Under the pieces are notes generated by a model that was not told where the DNA came from, ran no database searches, and was given only the letters and a program-made list of their open reading frames with translations. Positions 39,287 through 52,900 of a DNA stretch of 64,000 nucleotides are shown here, piece after piece. Numbering within the stretch: the first letter of the stretch is position 1; every line of letters starts with the position of its first letter. Made by a program: the position numbers and the translations under genes. Source of the stretch: Auanema rhodensis (Eukaryota; Animalia; Nematoda); contig OZ059897.1 of NCBI GenBank assembly GCA_964057225.1, positions 13,082,001 through 13,146,000 of the forward strand. The letters run 5' to 3'.

Positions 39287-42200
39287 TTTTTTTTTCTCTC
39301 TCTCTCTCTCGATATATATCTATATATATATCTTTCTTATTCCTTTTCTCTCTGTTAATTCATATTTCCATGATAAACCTTGAGATTTCATGTTGTAAAC
39401 AACAAGCTAGAATATAAATTTTTAATAATTTCAATTGTGTTATTTTTATTAAATATCTTATATAAATTTTATTTGAGTTAGCAAAGTAGTAGAGGATGTA
39501 AACCAGGATCGTAACATTGAATGAAATGACTAAAGCTTGCCATATGCTTTGAAAATAAAGTTGAGAAAGCTCACACAACCATTAATTATCTAGGGAAATA
39601 ATAATTAAATTAAACTGTTTTTCTGATGTAATATTGTGAACTATTATGCCAAGGCATAGCTTAAATTCTTTGGTAAATGGAATGAAAAACAAGCAATATC
39701 TACCTTAAATTGCAATATATTCATAAAATCCTTGAAAATTTGCGAAAAAAATAACAAAACGGATTAAACTCATCGTATTTTCCCCCTATTTTAGTATGTA
39801 TTTGAATTTATTTTTCACTAATGTAAGATAAGGTTGAAGCTAATGCTCTTGCAGATGCATCTCGAAAACTAAATGCTTGCTGAGGTTTTTTCCCTCCCTC
39901 TGCACAGCTTGTGGAGAATTCTGAATTAGCTAGTACTGCGTCGTCTTTTAGTTATTCATTCGTTGTTCTTTGTTTTCATACACCTTCATAAGACATTTCT
40001 TCTTATGTTATTCATGTTCGGAATGTCACATAGCTGATTTTATAGATACCTGTATGAGAGAATTAGAAATAGGGAGTATAAGTAAGTAAGAGAATAAAAG
40101 AAAATTGACGGTGAATATGCCTCTAGATAACTTTGCTCTCTCATATGATGTATGCAGATGTGGTTTAAAAGAGCAAAAATTGTTAGATTTTTGAAAAGAG
40201 ATGGAGAGTGAAAGGGAAAGAACTGCTTCCGAGAGACATATAAACTAGAAGAAAATTATTGGGAGAGAGAGAGAGAGAGAAAGAGCAAAGGAAAAAGAAG
40301 AAGAATAGAAAAAGAGATAGAGAAAACGAAATGAGAGCAAAGCAGTAACCACGAGTGAAGACGACGGGAAGAAAGATGAGTTGAACAAGAGCGACAATCT
40401 GAATTTCCGCGTAGGCTATTCCTTTTTTGATCTTTTCAATTTAACTTGTAATTATTTTGTCATAAAATATTTTTAGCATTGTAAAACAAGCGATTGATGA
40501 CGAATAGGCCAAATAATAAAAGAAAAAGTGAAATAGAGGGGTGGAGAGTATGAAAGAGAGAGAGAGATATAGAGAGAGGCATTGAATTTGAAGAAATCAC
40601 GAAAAAGCATGCATATTAAGAACAAAAAGAGTGGGAAAGAGGGACAGTGAGAGAGAGAGAGAGGAAAAGAGAGAGAGAGAGAAATAAAAAGTGATCGAAA
40701 GATAGAGAGAAACACGAAAAAGAGATGAGCCAAGCATGGCCACAAGTAAGATGACGAAGTCGAAGTTATTTATTTTCTAGATGTTTTCCCTTTTTTCCTC
40801 TAAAAAGAAGTTAAACCAACTTTTGTTTATTTCAGCTTATTTTCAGGTTTTACTCAAGTTTTAGAGCCCTCTTTTCACTACTGACTATTAAACATCCTTT
40901 AGACTATCATTTTGCAGTTCTCCACAAATTTCTTTGATGATTATGTATCATTACTCTTATTTCATTTTTTCAGATTTTTAGAAGAAAAAGTAATTCATTC
41001 CTTTCTTTTTTTATTATTTTTGCAGAATATTTATTTCATTTTATAGATATATGTATATGTATATTTTCCGGTAAAATGAGGTAAATCATAATCTTTATTT
41101 GGCCATTTATACGAATTTTACTTCCTTTTACTTTTCATGTGCCATGTCTTCTTAACTTCAGTCGTTTAAATTCAAAAAAAATGAGATAAATGGAAATTCA
41201 ATAATAATTTATTTTTGATTTTAGCTTTTATTCAACCATTTTAAAATAACAGAATTTTTCTACTAATTGCTTGACTTATCCGAACAAACAGACTCCGACA
41301 TCATCCTATTTCTTTTCAATCGTATTGGTTGTATTATTTTTCTTGTTAAAAATTAATTTTTTATTTCATTTTCGTTCATTTCTATCATTCATTCAGCAAG
41401 TTATATAACTCTATAAATATAAATGCTTCGTTGAAATTAAAGAAGCTTGTCGTTCTACCTACATATAGCCTCAGGGTAATTACAAGATTCCAAAAAAAAC
41501 GATGACCAACAAAAACAAAAAAAAAGAATAATAGGCGGACACAAACGAACCGTGGGGAATACGTTTAGCTGCATCCGATTTTTTGGTCATCCTCTTCTTC
41601 TTTTTCGTCTTTGAGGACAACGACATCATCTTCCAACTTCATTTTATTCTATTATAATTCCCGAGAGGAGTAGAATATGAAATTCTGTGTGTCTTCCCTC
41701 CTTCTTCCCTCTTTCATTCAGTTTTCTAATTTTTGAGTGAAAAAAAAACCTTTCGGACCTTTTTGTAATCTTTGTGAGAAAAAAACAAGAGAAGGCGTTG
41801 AAAACGACGAAAAAATACTAATTTTTTGAAATTTCTTTGCTTGTAAATCCTCCGATGGTCTGTTTTTTTTATCCTCGCGTATGCATGCATATTCCATTCA
41901 GTCACAGTTTTTTCCATTTTTGGCTCACAATTCTATTTAGATCGAGTTTTGAAAGGAAAAAAATATTTAAAAATAAAAATTTCCTTGTTCTGTAGTGGTA
42001 GACAGATAGATACTATGCATGTGCATCGTTCTCAAATTTCTTGAAAAGCGATGAGCAAAGTAGGTTCAGACAGAAAGTAGTAAACGAAACCCAGAGGGAG
42101 CTATTAACATCCTTCCTTTGTACCTGCTTTTCTCATCTATTTCTCAACACACAATGAGTGTGATTTTGCAGATGAAGTAATATCCTGACGAAACTCAAAG

Positions 42201-43920
42201 GAAGAGCAGGAATTACATTTGAACTTCTTCAAGGGGAAAATTGCTTCCGATATCATTTTGCACCGTTTGATCTGAACTCAGCATTATATTTTCTTTCAAT
42301 TATCTCCATATTATACTTTAAAAAATAGTTTTATAATTATTCCATGAATTTAAGTCCATATTCATTCAAAGTGCTGACTTTTTCCATAATTTCATCGTCA
42401 ATTTCAACACAACAATTATTATATTTGAAAGCTTGTTCTTCTCACGTCCGTAGCAGGAACAGCCTGAATAAACGTTTCGTCAACTTAACCAGGTCCAGCC
42501 AGTCTTATTATAGATTTGAAAGAATTGTCGCCTATGATGTTTGTATAAATCTAAAAAGTTTCCAAAATGGTTAAATTCGTCCTATTCGTACAAATCATTC
42601 TCTTCTGAATGTTTCAACTCACACATCAAAACTCAAATTCAAATTTTGATATTGTTATTATTTCCATTTATTTTGACAGATGTAAGCTGAGATACTGACT
42701 AGTATTTCAAATAATTAATAATATAATTATATTTATATATTATTAATGTTAAATCATTTAAAAATCTCAGATATCTTTCTCTCAATAACTGATTTCAGAA
42801 TATCTGTACAATACAACTTTCCTACCCATATCATTTCACTTTGCTTTGTCTTCATAACTATACAATTTGCTTTTCTTGCCTTTTTCTTTCTTTCTTTTTT
42901 ACTTTTCAACTTAAGTTTCGTTACTCTTAACTTTTAAAATATTCTCTTTTATATGTTCTTTGTAAAGTTTATACCTCATTAACATCTTCAACTACTTCAA
43001 TTTATATTTTCATCTCAATCTTTCATCTTCAAAACAATACAATTCATCTTTTTTCACTGTTGGATTTTTTTTTCAAAAAAGATACTTTAAATGCTATTTC
43101 TCCATTAATTCTTTAGTTTTCTTCATTTGTAAAATATCTTTTTCCTGTGCCTTTCTCTCTGTACTCCTCCCACATCCGTCCATGTGTGCAATGTTACTAT
43201 ATTTTTCCTTATTTCTTTTTCTCTCTCTCTCTCTTTCTCTTTATTCCCTCCCTCCCCTCATTTCTCCCTCTCAGTCTATTTTTATTTATATCCTATTCCC
43301 TGCTTTTCTTATGTATTTTGCCTCATTTTTAAATTTCAATATGTTCTAGTCTTTTTACTCTACATTTATTATGCTACGTATATAACTATGCTTACATATA
43401 CATATACATATATATGTCTATACACTATATAGGTATATGCTCTAAACTAATTTTGAACTTATTCAAAAGCATTTAACTATATATCATCATATAAACAGAC
43501 TATATATAATATATAATATATAGATATAGATAGATATAGCACTATCTGGATCTTCTTCTTCTTTTTCTACATACTCTTATTCACAAAAAAAAAATTGTAT
43601 TCCTATGAGTACCGTTGAAAAATATTTTTCTTTCTTTTTAACTAATAATTTGCTTCCAAACACCAATAAGTATGCAACCGCTATCGTAGGCACCAAAGTA
43701 ATAAATGACATTGTTCACGTAACTACGTGTAAACTACTTCATATTCTAATTTTAATATTATATTATGTTATTACTCATTTATTTATATACATATATATTG
43801 AATATTTTACTTTTTTTTATATATTATATACATATTCAATTATTTTGTTGTATTTTGCTTTATTTTATTTAGTTTAGTAATTCAATAATTTACTAATTAT
43901 GTTAAACTAATTTAGAAGAT

Positions 43921-46900
43921 ATGCCGTCCTCTGCACTTCTCACAATACCGGATGCCCATATGGGCCGGAAGCGGCGTGTATCAGATTTTCCGCATCGAAA
44001 GTGAGTTCCATACTTTCTTAATTTATATAATATTTACAATAAAATGCTTTATTTGAATTTATTATATAAGAATAATTTATTAAAAATATTTGATTTATCA
44101 TATATACATGTGTATAGGCATATATATAATATATATAATACATATAATATATATAATATATTATACGATGTTCTTGTATTTGGGTCAAACATTTGAAAAT
44201 AAATTTGTTAGGATTTTCATTTAAAAAAAAACAGAAAGTGCTTTGTGAATTGTCGTCAAAGTAGAAACAAAAAAATCCGCTAACGAAATTTCAACTTTAT
44301 AAAAAATTTATTCCTAAAACGGAAAAGACCATTATAAAAATGTTCATATATTACCAATTTTCTCCGCAATTTCTTTTACTGTTCGATTATTTGATGTCTT
44401 GTTTCTGAATTTTTGACATGTTCTAAGAAGATGAAAAAGAAAACTAGTTTTCAACATAATTGCCAAAATATTGAAAATTGTAAAAGAGGTTGGCGTACGT
44501 AGTATGTTAAGAGAGGGCTCTCTCTATACATATGTAGTATCTAGTATATATACATATACACATATTTGCAATTAGAACAGATTTTCGTCCAAATATTCAA
44601 AATATCAATTTGACACGAGTGCACTTTAGAAGCATAAAAACTTTTTTCCTCTTCTTCCTTCTAGTTCCTAGTCATTTAAAGATTTTTTTTATTGTTAGAA
44701 TGTTTTGAATAGGAAAAATGAACTGAAAATTGAGCATAGTATGCATATATTGTGCAAATATGTAGATATAAATAATACAAAAGGAAAATTGATACGACAT
44801 TCATAAACATAATTTTTTTTAAATTTTCTGATGTATAACCTTTAATATATTTTTGAGAAAATAAGATTGATTCAAAGAAAAAAATATATATGTTGTATAA
44901 TATAATATTAACTATATACAATATGAATAGTATGTATGTATGTATGTATACTTAATTAAAATTATTCTATTTCTATTTTAAATTTTTATGAAATTCAAAA
45001 TCTATCAAGATAACTATAATATTATGTATTTTTCAAACGTATCTATGACATACATATGTATATAGATAACATAAATACATATATTTCATATAGTACAATT
45101 CATTTCCTATTGTTTTTGCCTTCGTAACCCTTTCTTAAATGTAAAAAAATAAAAAGCTTCGTAGGAATAAGATAAGATGGCAGAAAGATAATCAGATGCT
45201 GTGACACTGATGAAATTATTTTACTGTTTGTCTATCTTTTCAATCTATTAGTCTAAATATTGTTTTTTTTTAATTTGTATTGTCTATATATCATGTTAAG
45301 AGATGATGCATACAATTACTGTTGTTTTGTACCTTAAGTTCACTAGTCTCTTATAAACTATAAGAGAAAACTTTTAAAAATAAAAATTAAATTGATTGTC
45401 AATAACAAAATGTGCAAATAGAAAAGCTCTTTACATTATTTGTTCTCTTTCGATCGTACTTTATCTAATTCAGCTTCTTAGCTTAGCTTTCTCATACTTC
45501 TCACATGTGTCTCATTTCTACTTTTATATATTTTCATTGTATTTTTAATGAAATTTAGCAATATACATGTATCTATACACGAATATATGTACATGTACCT
45601 TGTTTTGCCCTTTTATAATTTCTGTAAAAACTATAAATTTGCTATTTTCTCCTAAATTTCGTTCAAACAAATGAAATATATTGAACATATTGTTTTTGAT
45701 TTGATCAATTTTATATTCTTATAGTCTTCAATATATTAAAAATAATTGAAACTATTTATATATCTATATATTTACATAATGTTGATGAGATAGAAATTTG
45801 AAATATGTTTTGGATAATTTGAAAATATATCTGAAAACTTAAGTGAACGTATCGTCATGTATTGAAATTAGAATGATTATTTAGTTTTTTTTTCATTAAA
45901 TTCCACTATATAACAGCTATCAGTTATCTTCATTCAGAGAAAAAAAAAGTAAATCAGAAATAAAGATAAAGTGGAAGAAAGAAGTAATATTACGAAAGGG
46001 AATATCATCAAGTGAATTATATTTTTTTTTACTTTTCTCTGAATGAATATTATCTGTTTTTATATAAAGCAGCAGCAAAACGACATAAATGAACATGTTT
46101 TTTTATAATTTAAAGAAAAAAACAAATAATCTATCTCATGAGAATACCATATATATATGCATATATATATGTTTATATTTAAGATCAATTACTTTCTCAA
46201 TCTAAAAGATGCTGAATGACATTACAGACAGTGTGTGGTAGTCAACATAAAACTCATTAACTTATCATTTATTTTTTTACTCTAAATATTACTTAAAAGT
46301 TGACATTTTTCTTTTTTATTTGATTTAAAAAATAAAATTTATTACTTAATAACTGTGGACTTATATGTTAATCAATTTGTTTTTTTTATAATTATTTGAT
46401 TATAAATTTAAATAATTGTCTGTACTGTTATCATTATTTTGATAATTAAAGTTGCAACCAGCTGTGCTCATCTGCTACAAAAATAAACAAAAAGAAGATT
46501 TTTTTTTTGCTCATTTATAGATCATTTCTTCTTCATTTTAATATTTCTATCTCACATTAATACGTTTTGTCTTGGGTATTGAACCGAATATTAACTTCCG
46601 CTATTAACTTTTCTTTTCCGCCTGGTGAAGCATTAAGAAAATATATATTTCACTATATTATATAGTAGATATTCACATTAGTTGTAAGTAAGAAAGGATA
46701 AGACAATATAATAATAGAAGCAATGTCATCAGCTTATTTAGTTCAAATGTGTTAAGACGAGTATCATATAGAATATGAAATATGTAAAGTTTTTTTTTAC
46801 TTTAATGTATCGAATATATCATTCAAATTCTATTGTTCAATATTCTTTAAAATATTAATAATTCTTTGGAAAATTTATTAGCTTCTGCTAAATATTACCA

Positions 46901-49900
46901 GATAGAAAAATTTAATTAATGGATTTCACATGCATGCTCAACATATCAGACCAATGGAATGAAGTCATAGCTAAGAAAGTCATTCAAAATATTCCATTAA
47001 GTTGATTTGGGCTTCTCTAATTCTCTATATCTTACAATGTATTTTCTTTTCTCAATACTCGATCCATTTCTTTTTCACTTTTGATCTGTTGTCGACTCTT
47101 AACCCTGAGACCATCTCTCACATCTCATTCGTTTATTTGTAAAGTTTCTTTGCTTTTCTAGAGAGATCAAAGCTATCATCTGATTGGTTCCATAACATCG
47201 AGATTTGGTATCCTAGTCAAATTGCAGCATTATGGCTTCTACTTCCTTTCGTTAACATCTTATTTATTTTTTTATTTTATAACTTGTACGATACTCTTGC
47301 ATTTTTACTTATTGCCCTTCAAGCTCGCCTCGTCAAGCAGTGATGTTCATGCATGAACACATGAACTTCATTTTTCAAGTTTCCTTTTTATCTTCCTCTT
47401 GACAGCCTACGTAGAATACTCATAAGTTATGAAAGAAACTAATCTGCAGAGAAATTTCTGAAACTGAGCTAGAATCTTGATGTGGAAGTACACACGTGGC
47501 TCTTCAAAAGCTTTATGTTAAAACTTGGTTTTCCTTTTTTGTCATTTTCATCTCCCTATACTCTCATCCTCTACTTCATTTACCATTCAACTTCTCAGTA
47601 TCCTTTCATTTTCACTGCTTTAACTCGTTTGAAGTAACTTGTCTACTGCAGACCATAAACTTGAAATCGGTTCTCTCATACCCCTCTTTGTCTCACTCCG
47701 TTCATTGTATGAGCTCATGCCGCATACTCTACTGATCCGTTTGCCCTTAAAGCAGTTCAGATGTATGTATATAACGACTTTTTCTTTTAAAGTCATATAA
47801 TATTATTAAATCCCAAGAGGCCCAGCAACTCTCTGGACTCTATGTTAGTGCAATTTTTTTTCTGGTCAGTCTCTATAAACCTCGAAGCTGACCTTTCTCT
47901 ATCATAAGTTCAACTACATCACATTCATATTAGATAGCTAGAGATCATTTTAAAAAAGCCAACATATACCATTGTTATTCAACAACTATATAAATCTTAT
48001 TTATAACTAGCATTAGTTGCAAGTTTTACTTTTTTATTATTTATTTTTATTTGGAGTTTGTGAATCTAATAGCCTTGAAATGAGGATGGTTCACCCAATT
48101 TATCCTTCTATCTCCTGTTGTCAACTTCCTGTTTTTCTCTATTTGATTCTTTATTACTTTTTTCTATTAGAGCTTTCTGGTTGAATGATTACAGCATTTT
48201 ACCTTGAAACAAAGCGCATTTACTGAGATTTTGTTTATTATTGGCTTGCCAAACCCTAAGAAAACATTGGCTGTTCTGAATTCTTTAATTATCTTTCATG
48301 TTCGTTTATTTTACCTTTCATCCCTTCCTTGGACATAAAAAAACAATGTGTGTGGAATTAAGTTTTTGTTATAAGCACATCCATGTTCTAACAAATTAAT
48401 GTCAAAAGCAACTTCTAGTTAGTTAGATTTCTGGAAATCAAACTTTCTCACTAACAGATATGTTTTCCCTATTTTAACTTTTTTTTTCGTCGAAGAATTC
48501 ACAACCTGCTCAAGAAAAATTACTAGACGGAACTAACATTTCTTTGATATCGTAATTTATCTTATTGAAATATAAACTATTTACTAATTGTTTTTTAAAA
48601 AATATTTTCAATCATATGAATGCATATGCCAAGTCTTGTGATGAGCAAATCAACTTTGAAACATCAACAACTTTCTAACATTCATACGGATATGCTTTTC
48701 ACAATTTTTTTATAAGTTATAACATAAGTATATATCATTATGTACTCTTTCTATGCATTATTTGATGTTTAAACTGTGAGATTTGAACATAGCTCATAAA
48801 TACTATCCCAACAAAGATTTGGTTTTAACATTGAAAAGGAAGGATAGGTCATCATTTGGATCAAAACAGATTTCTCATGTATGTTGTTGAGCCGAAGTTG
48901 ATAAATTGGCTGGTTAAGCAACCTAATACTATAAGATCTTTGGATTTTTAAAAGAAAAACATAAATACATTCCACATTTTTAGAATATTGAAACTATTCA
49001 TAGATATTATAAACTAAAATAATTTACTTCTTTTAATTAATCAATCAAATAACTTTTTATGATAAATATTATTAAAACATATCAAAATAATTAAATAATG
49101 ATATATATGCATTTTGATTGTATTTAATAATGAAATGAAAGCTTAAAGCATCTGTTAAAACACCTGCTATCAGCTGAAAGTTCAATTGTTCTTTTCCTAT
49201 ATACATTAGTCTTTTACTAAATATTATAGTTCATTCTATCTTTATATAATAATGTTTATTATTAAAATATTTTAATCTAAATCTAGATTCTAAATATTCT
49301 TTTATTTCTTCTTTCAATATATCAAATAAATAATACTATTGATACATGAACTTTCATTATTTGCTTTAAGCTTGTTAAGATTACAACAATCTGATCAATA
49401 TCAATGAGAATGTCTAATCTAATTAATTATCTATTTTATATATTTCTTTTAAACTAATTCTTTCAAAAACTAAATAAACTAAATCAATAACTCATTTCCA
49501 ACTTTGTAATCTAACTGATTTTACTTTTTTTTTTCTCAAATGAATCGTCTTTTCTGCCGATTTCCTTAATTTGTTGTTCCTTCTCCTTTGTTACTTGTTA
49601 TATGTTAAAAATTCCGAAAGCACAATCCCACTTGCTATTCCTTTTTCTTTTTTCTTCTTTCTTCTTCCAATATTCAAAATTTCAGCTAATTTATCTTTTT
49701 TTGTCGCTTATTTTTAGACTTCACTTGTTTCAATCAGTCAGTCCATTGATATCAAAAAGCTATTATTCTTCCTTTCTTTAGTCATTTATCTTTTTCTGCT
49801 TACTTTTACTACTTTTTCGTTCAGTTTATACTTTATCATAGTCGTATAATCTTAGTTTCAACTATACTTTGAATATTTATAAATTATATTAATTAATATT

Positions 49901-52900
49901 ATAGTTAGTACTTTATATATAATATATTTTACTTTTCCTAACTTTCAATTATATTTTCTATTTGTAGTTGTATTAAGTTCAACTGAAATTGTACATGGAT
50001 TAATACATTTCTCTTCATTATAAACAGAAAATTTATAAAAAATAGATAAAAAATAAGAAATTCCAATTCAAATAGCACTGAAACATTCATATGTTCTTTC
50101 TTTATCTGCTATAAAGCGCAGAGCATTTGAAAGCTTTTCATTTTTATTCTTGTAAACACATCATAAATGCTTAAATCTATTAATTTCTCTATTAGTATAA
50201 TCAATACTTTAATTTTAGATTCAACTATACATAAATCAAAAATTTTTATTATTTCATTTGTATTTATTTTACATTGTATTATCTATATTTAATACATTGT
50301 AACACACACTTATATAACTTTATATATATATATATATATAAATGTATAAAGATAATAGTAAAATATGTATAGAAATCTATATTTTTATAAGAAAGTTTAA
50401 AGAAATATAGAATAAAGAGAAAGGAAGAGAGAGAGAGAGAGAGAGACAGAAAATGAAATAATTGAAAATCAAAAGATTACAACTTGTAATCAAGTGAAAA
50501 TAAAATTTACTCCATACATTCATTGTTATAGTTCTGTTTTGAATAATAAGGTGAGAAAGTTTGCCTAGGTTGTCTATTGACATGCGCCTAACTTATAAGC
50601 TTCAGAGAAGATTTGAATTTTTTTTGATGCCAATCAGCTTTTAAATTAATCAAATTATGCTAACATATGCCATCAGTTATTACGAGGTAACTTCTATTTT
50701 GATTTTAGTTGAGGAGATTTCTGTTCCTATTCCAACTTCCGCTTCCCTAGATTATAGAATAAGGTCAACAAATAACAATAATACTTAAATAGAAATGATC
50801 ATTTTGCTTAATTCAACGAGCATCAATCACATATCCTTATTGAAAATTTTGAATATTTTTCAATTTTGATTTTTGTCATTGCAGAGCTAAAAAATTTGAA
50901 AAAAAAAACTTAACTACTAATTAAAGATTATGCTACTGATATTGATAAGCTTATCATCATGTCACTTGCAATTTCATTATTTGACTCCAGAAACCCACGC
51001 ATAGTTAGTGTTTCGCATTTATTCTTCTTTTCGATGTATATAATAATATAAAAATGCAAATATTTGGTTAAAAATATTATTTTTATTGTACATTTTCTGA
51101 CATTTCACAACTTCTTTCTTTTACAAGGATATATTTGTATATTATATATTCTTATCATTTATTAATTCAATAATCTTTTTAGTCTTCTTGTCATTATTTC
51201 TTTTTCTTTTTTTTTGTTTGAAATCATTCAGATGTTTTCAAAGAAAAAAAAATTCTATATATATAGTAAAGTTTACTTGAAGGTCTGTCATGCGACAAAT
51301 ATTAACTATTTCTAGCATAGCTAACTAGAAAAGAGGCTCTCTGACTGACAGTCAGCGACGATTAATTGTAAATATTGGAATATCAATACATAGTATATAT
51401 ACTATACAATTTATATTTTATACATTTTACTTTCTTTGCTAAACTCTTCTTTTTCTTTTTTTTTGCGTTCACAATGATAACTTTGATGGCATTCAAACAT
51501 TTCCAGGCAGTTTTCGATGAACTTGTTCAATCATTTCTTCCTGCATCATTTTTCATTTTCTCTTCCTCGTTATGTTGTCAAACTTTTAATTCAAAACACA
51601 TGTTTAGTATGAAACATGATTGAATGAACTCTATCTGTACCTGTATGCATTGCTATTAACCGTTTATTACACACATTATCTTTGAAATACTTAAGTTTCA
51701 AAAACCATGTTTTCATGATTTGCGAAGCTTCATTGTTCAAATATTCGGAAAAAGTTCAAATCTCTAATCTACATTGCTTGAGGAAGATAGTTTAAACTAT
51801 TTTTATTAAATTAACATAACGTCTTCTTTGAAACGTTAACAAAGTTGATTCGAACATCTTCTCAAGTTCATCCTTATATTTTCTTAAGAAGAGTATACTT
51901 CATATAGAAAACAACTTCAATTCAAAAATCACATAAGTATGTCCATTAACTATATGAATAGTTGAATATATATTTTAGAAATATTTCTTTCTCTTATTGT
52001 TTTTTTTGTTTTGTAATTTACTACGATTAGTTTATGTTTTTGATCAAATTTCAATAAAAAAATGAATAAAATTGAAATCACTTATTTAGTTGATCTGATG
52101 AAATATGAAAATTTTTTAGAGATAATTATCTTCTATTTCTTAGAAAATACTGTTTATACATGTCAAATGATTCTATTTGGATTAAAATATCCTCGTAATT
52201 AATATCATATAATTAATTTTTTTCTCTTTTTCTCCTTTTCTCTTTGAAAACAAATAGCACTTTGCATAGAGACATTTCATGTTTATGAAATGAATAGTTC
52301 TTTCCGACTTGAGAAATAGATGCTACTCGTTCAATTTCACTCGGCCAATTACTTCTTCAAGCCTAGTAGAAGGAAAATAAAACAGATTGTAGAACGGAAA
52401 GAAGGGAGAACAAGATGAATGAATAGAGAGAGAGATAGAGAAATAAAGATTGGTGTAGAGCAAATGATGTGAGATGCAACTGAGTGAGAAGACGAATCCG
52501 GCAGAACGAAAGGTACAGAACAAACGTAGGACAATCAACTTAAGATTCTCAAATTACAAAAATTCCTCTAGAAAGCTCTTTGTTTCTTGAAGTTTTAAAA
52601 CGAGTTAGATTGTTTTAAGATGTGAAAGAGCAAACTGAGTGAACTTAGCAAAAGATATTCTACACGGGAATTGAATCTGCTTTTGTTGTACAATTCGTGA
52701 GAATAAAGACGAATGTACAGTTCAAGCTTTATTGAGATAATTGGACTTTTCTATTTTCCTGCTTCAAATCATGTCAAGATATGCTAGATTTGAGAAAAAA
52801 ATGTTTTTTTCAAATAACTGGTTACAATCAGTTCAAGGACTTCTACTCAGCAGTGTCATCATGTTGTTAATTATTTATTTTAAAAATCGTTGTCTTGTTC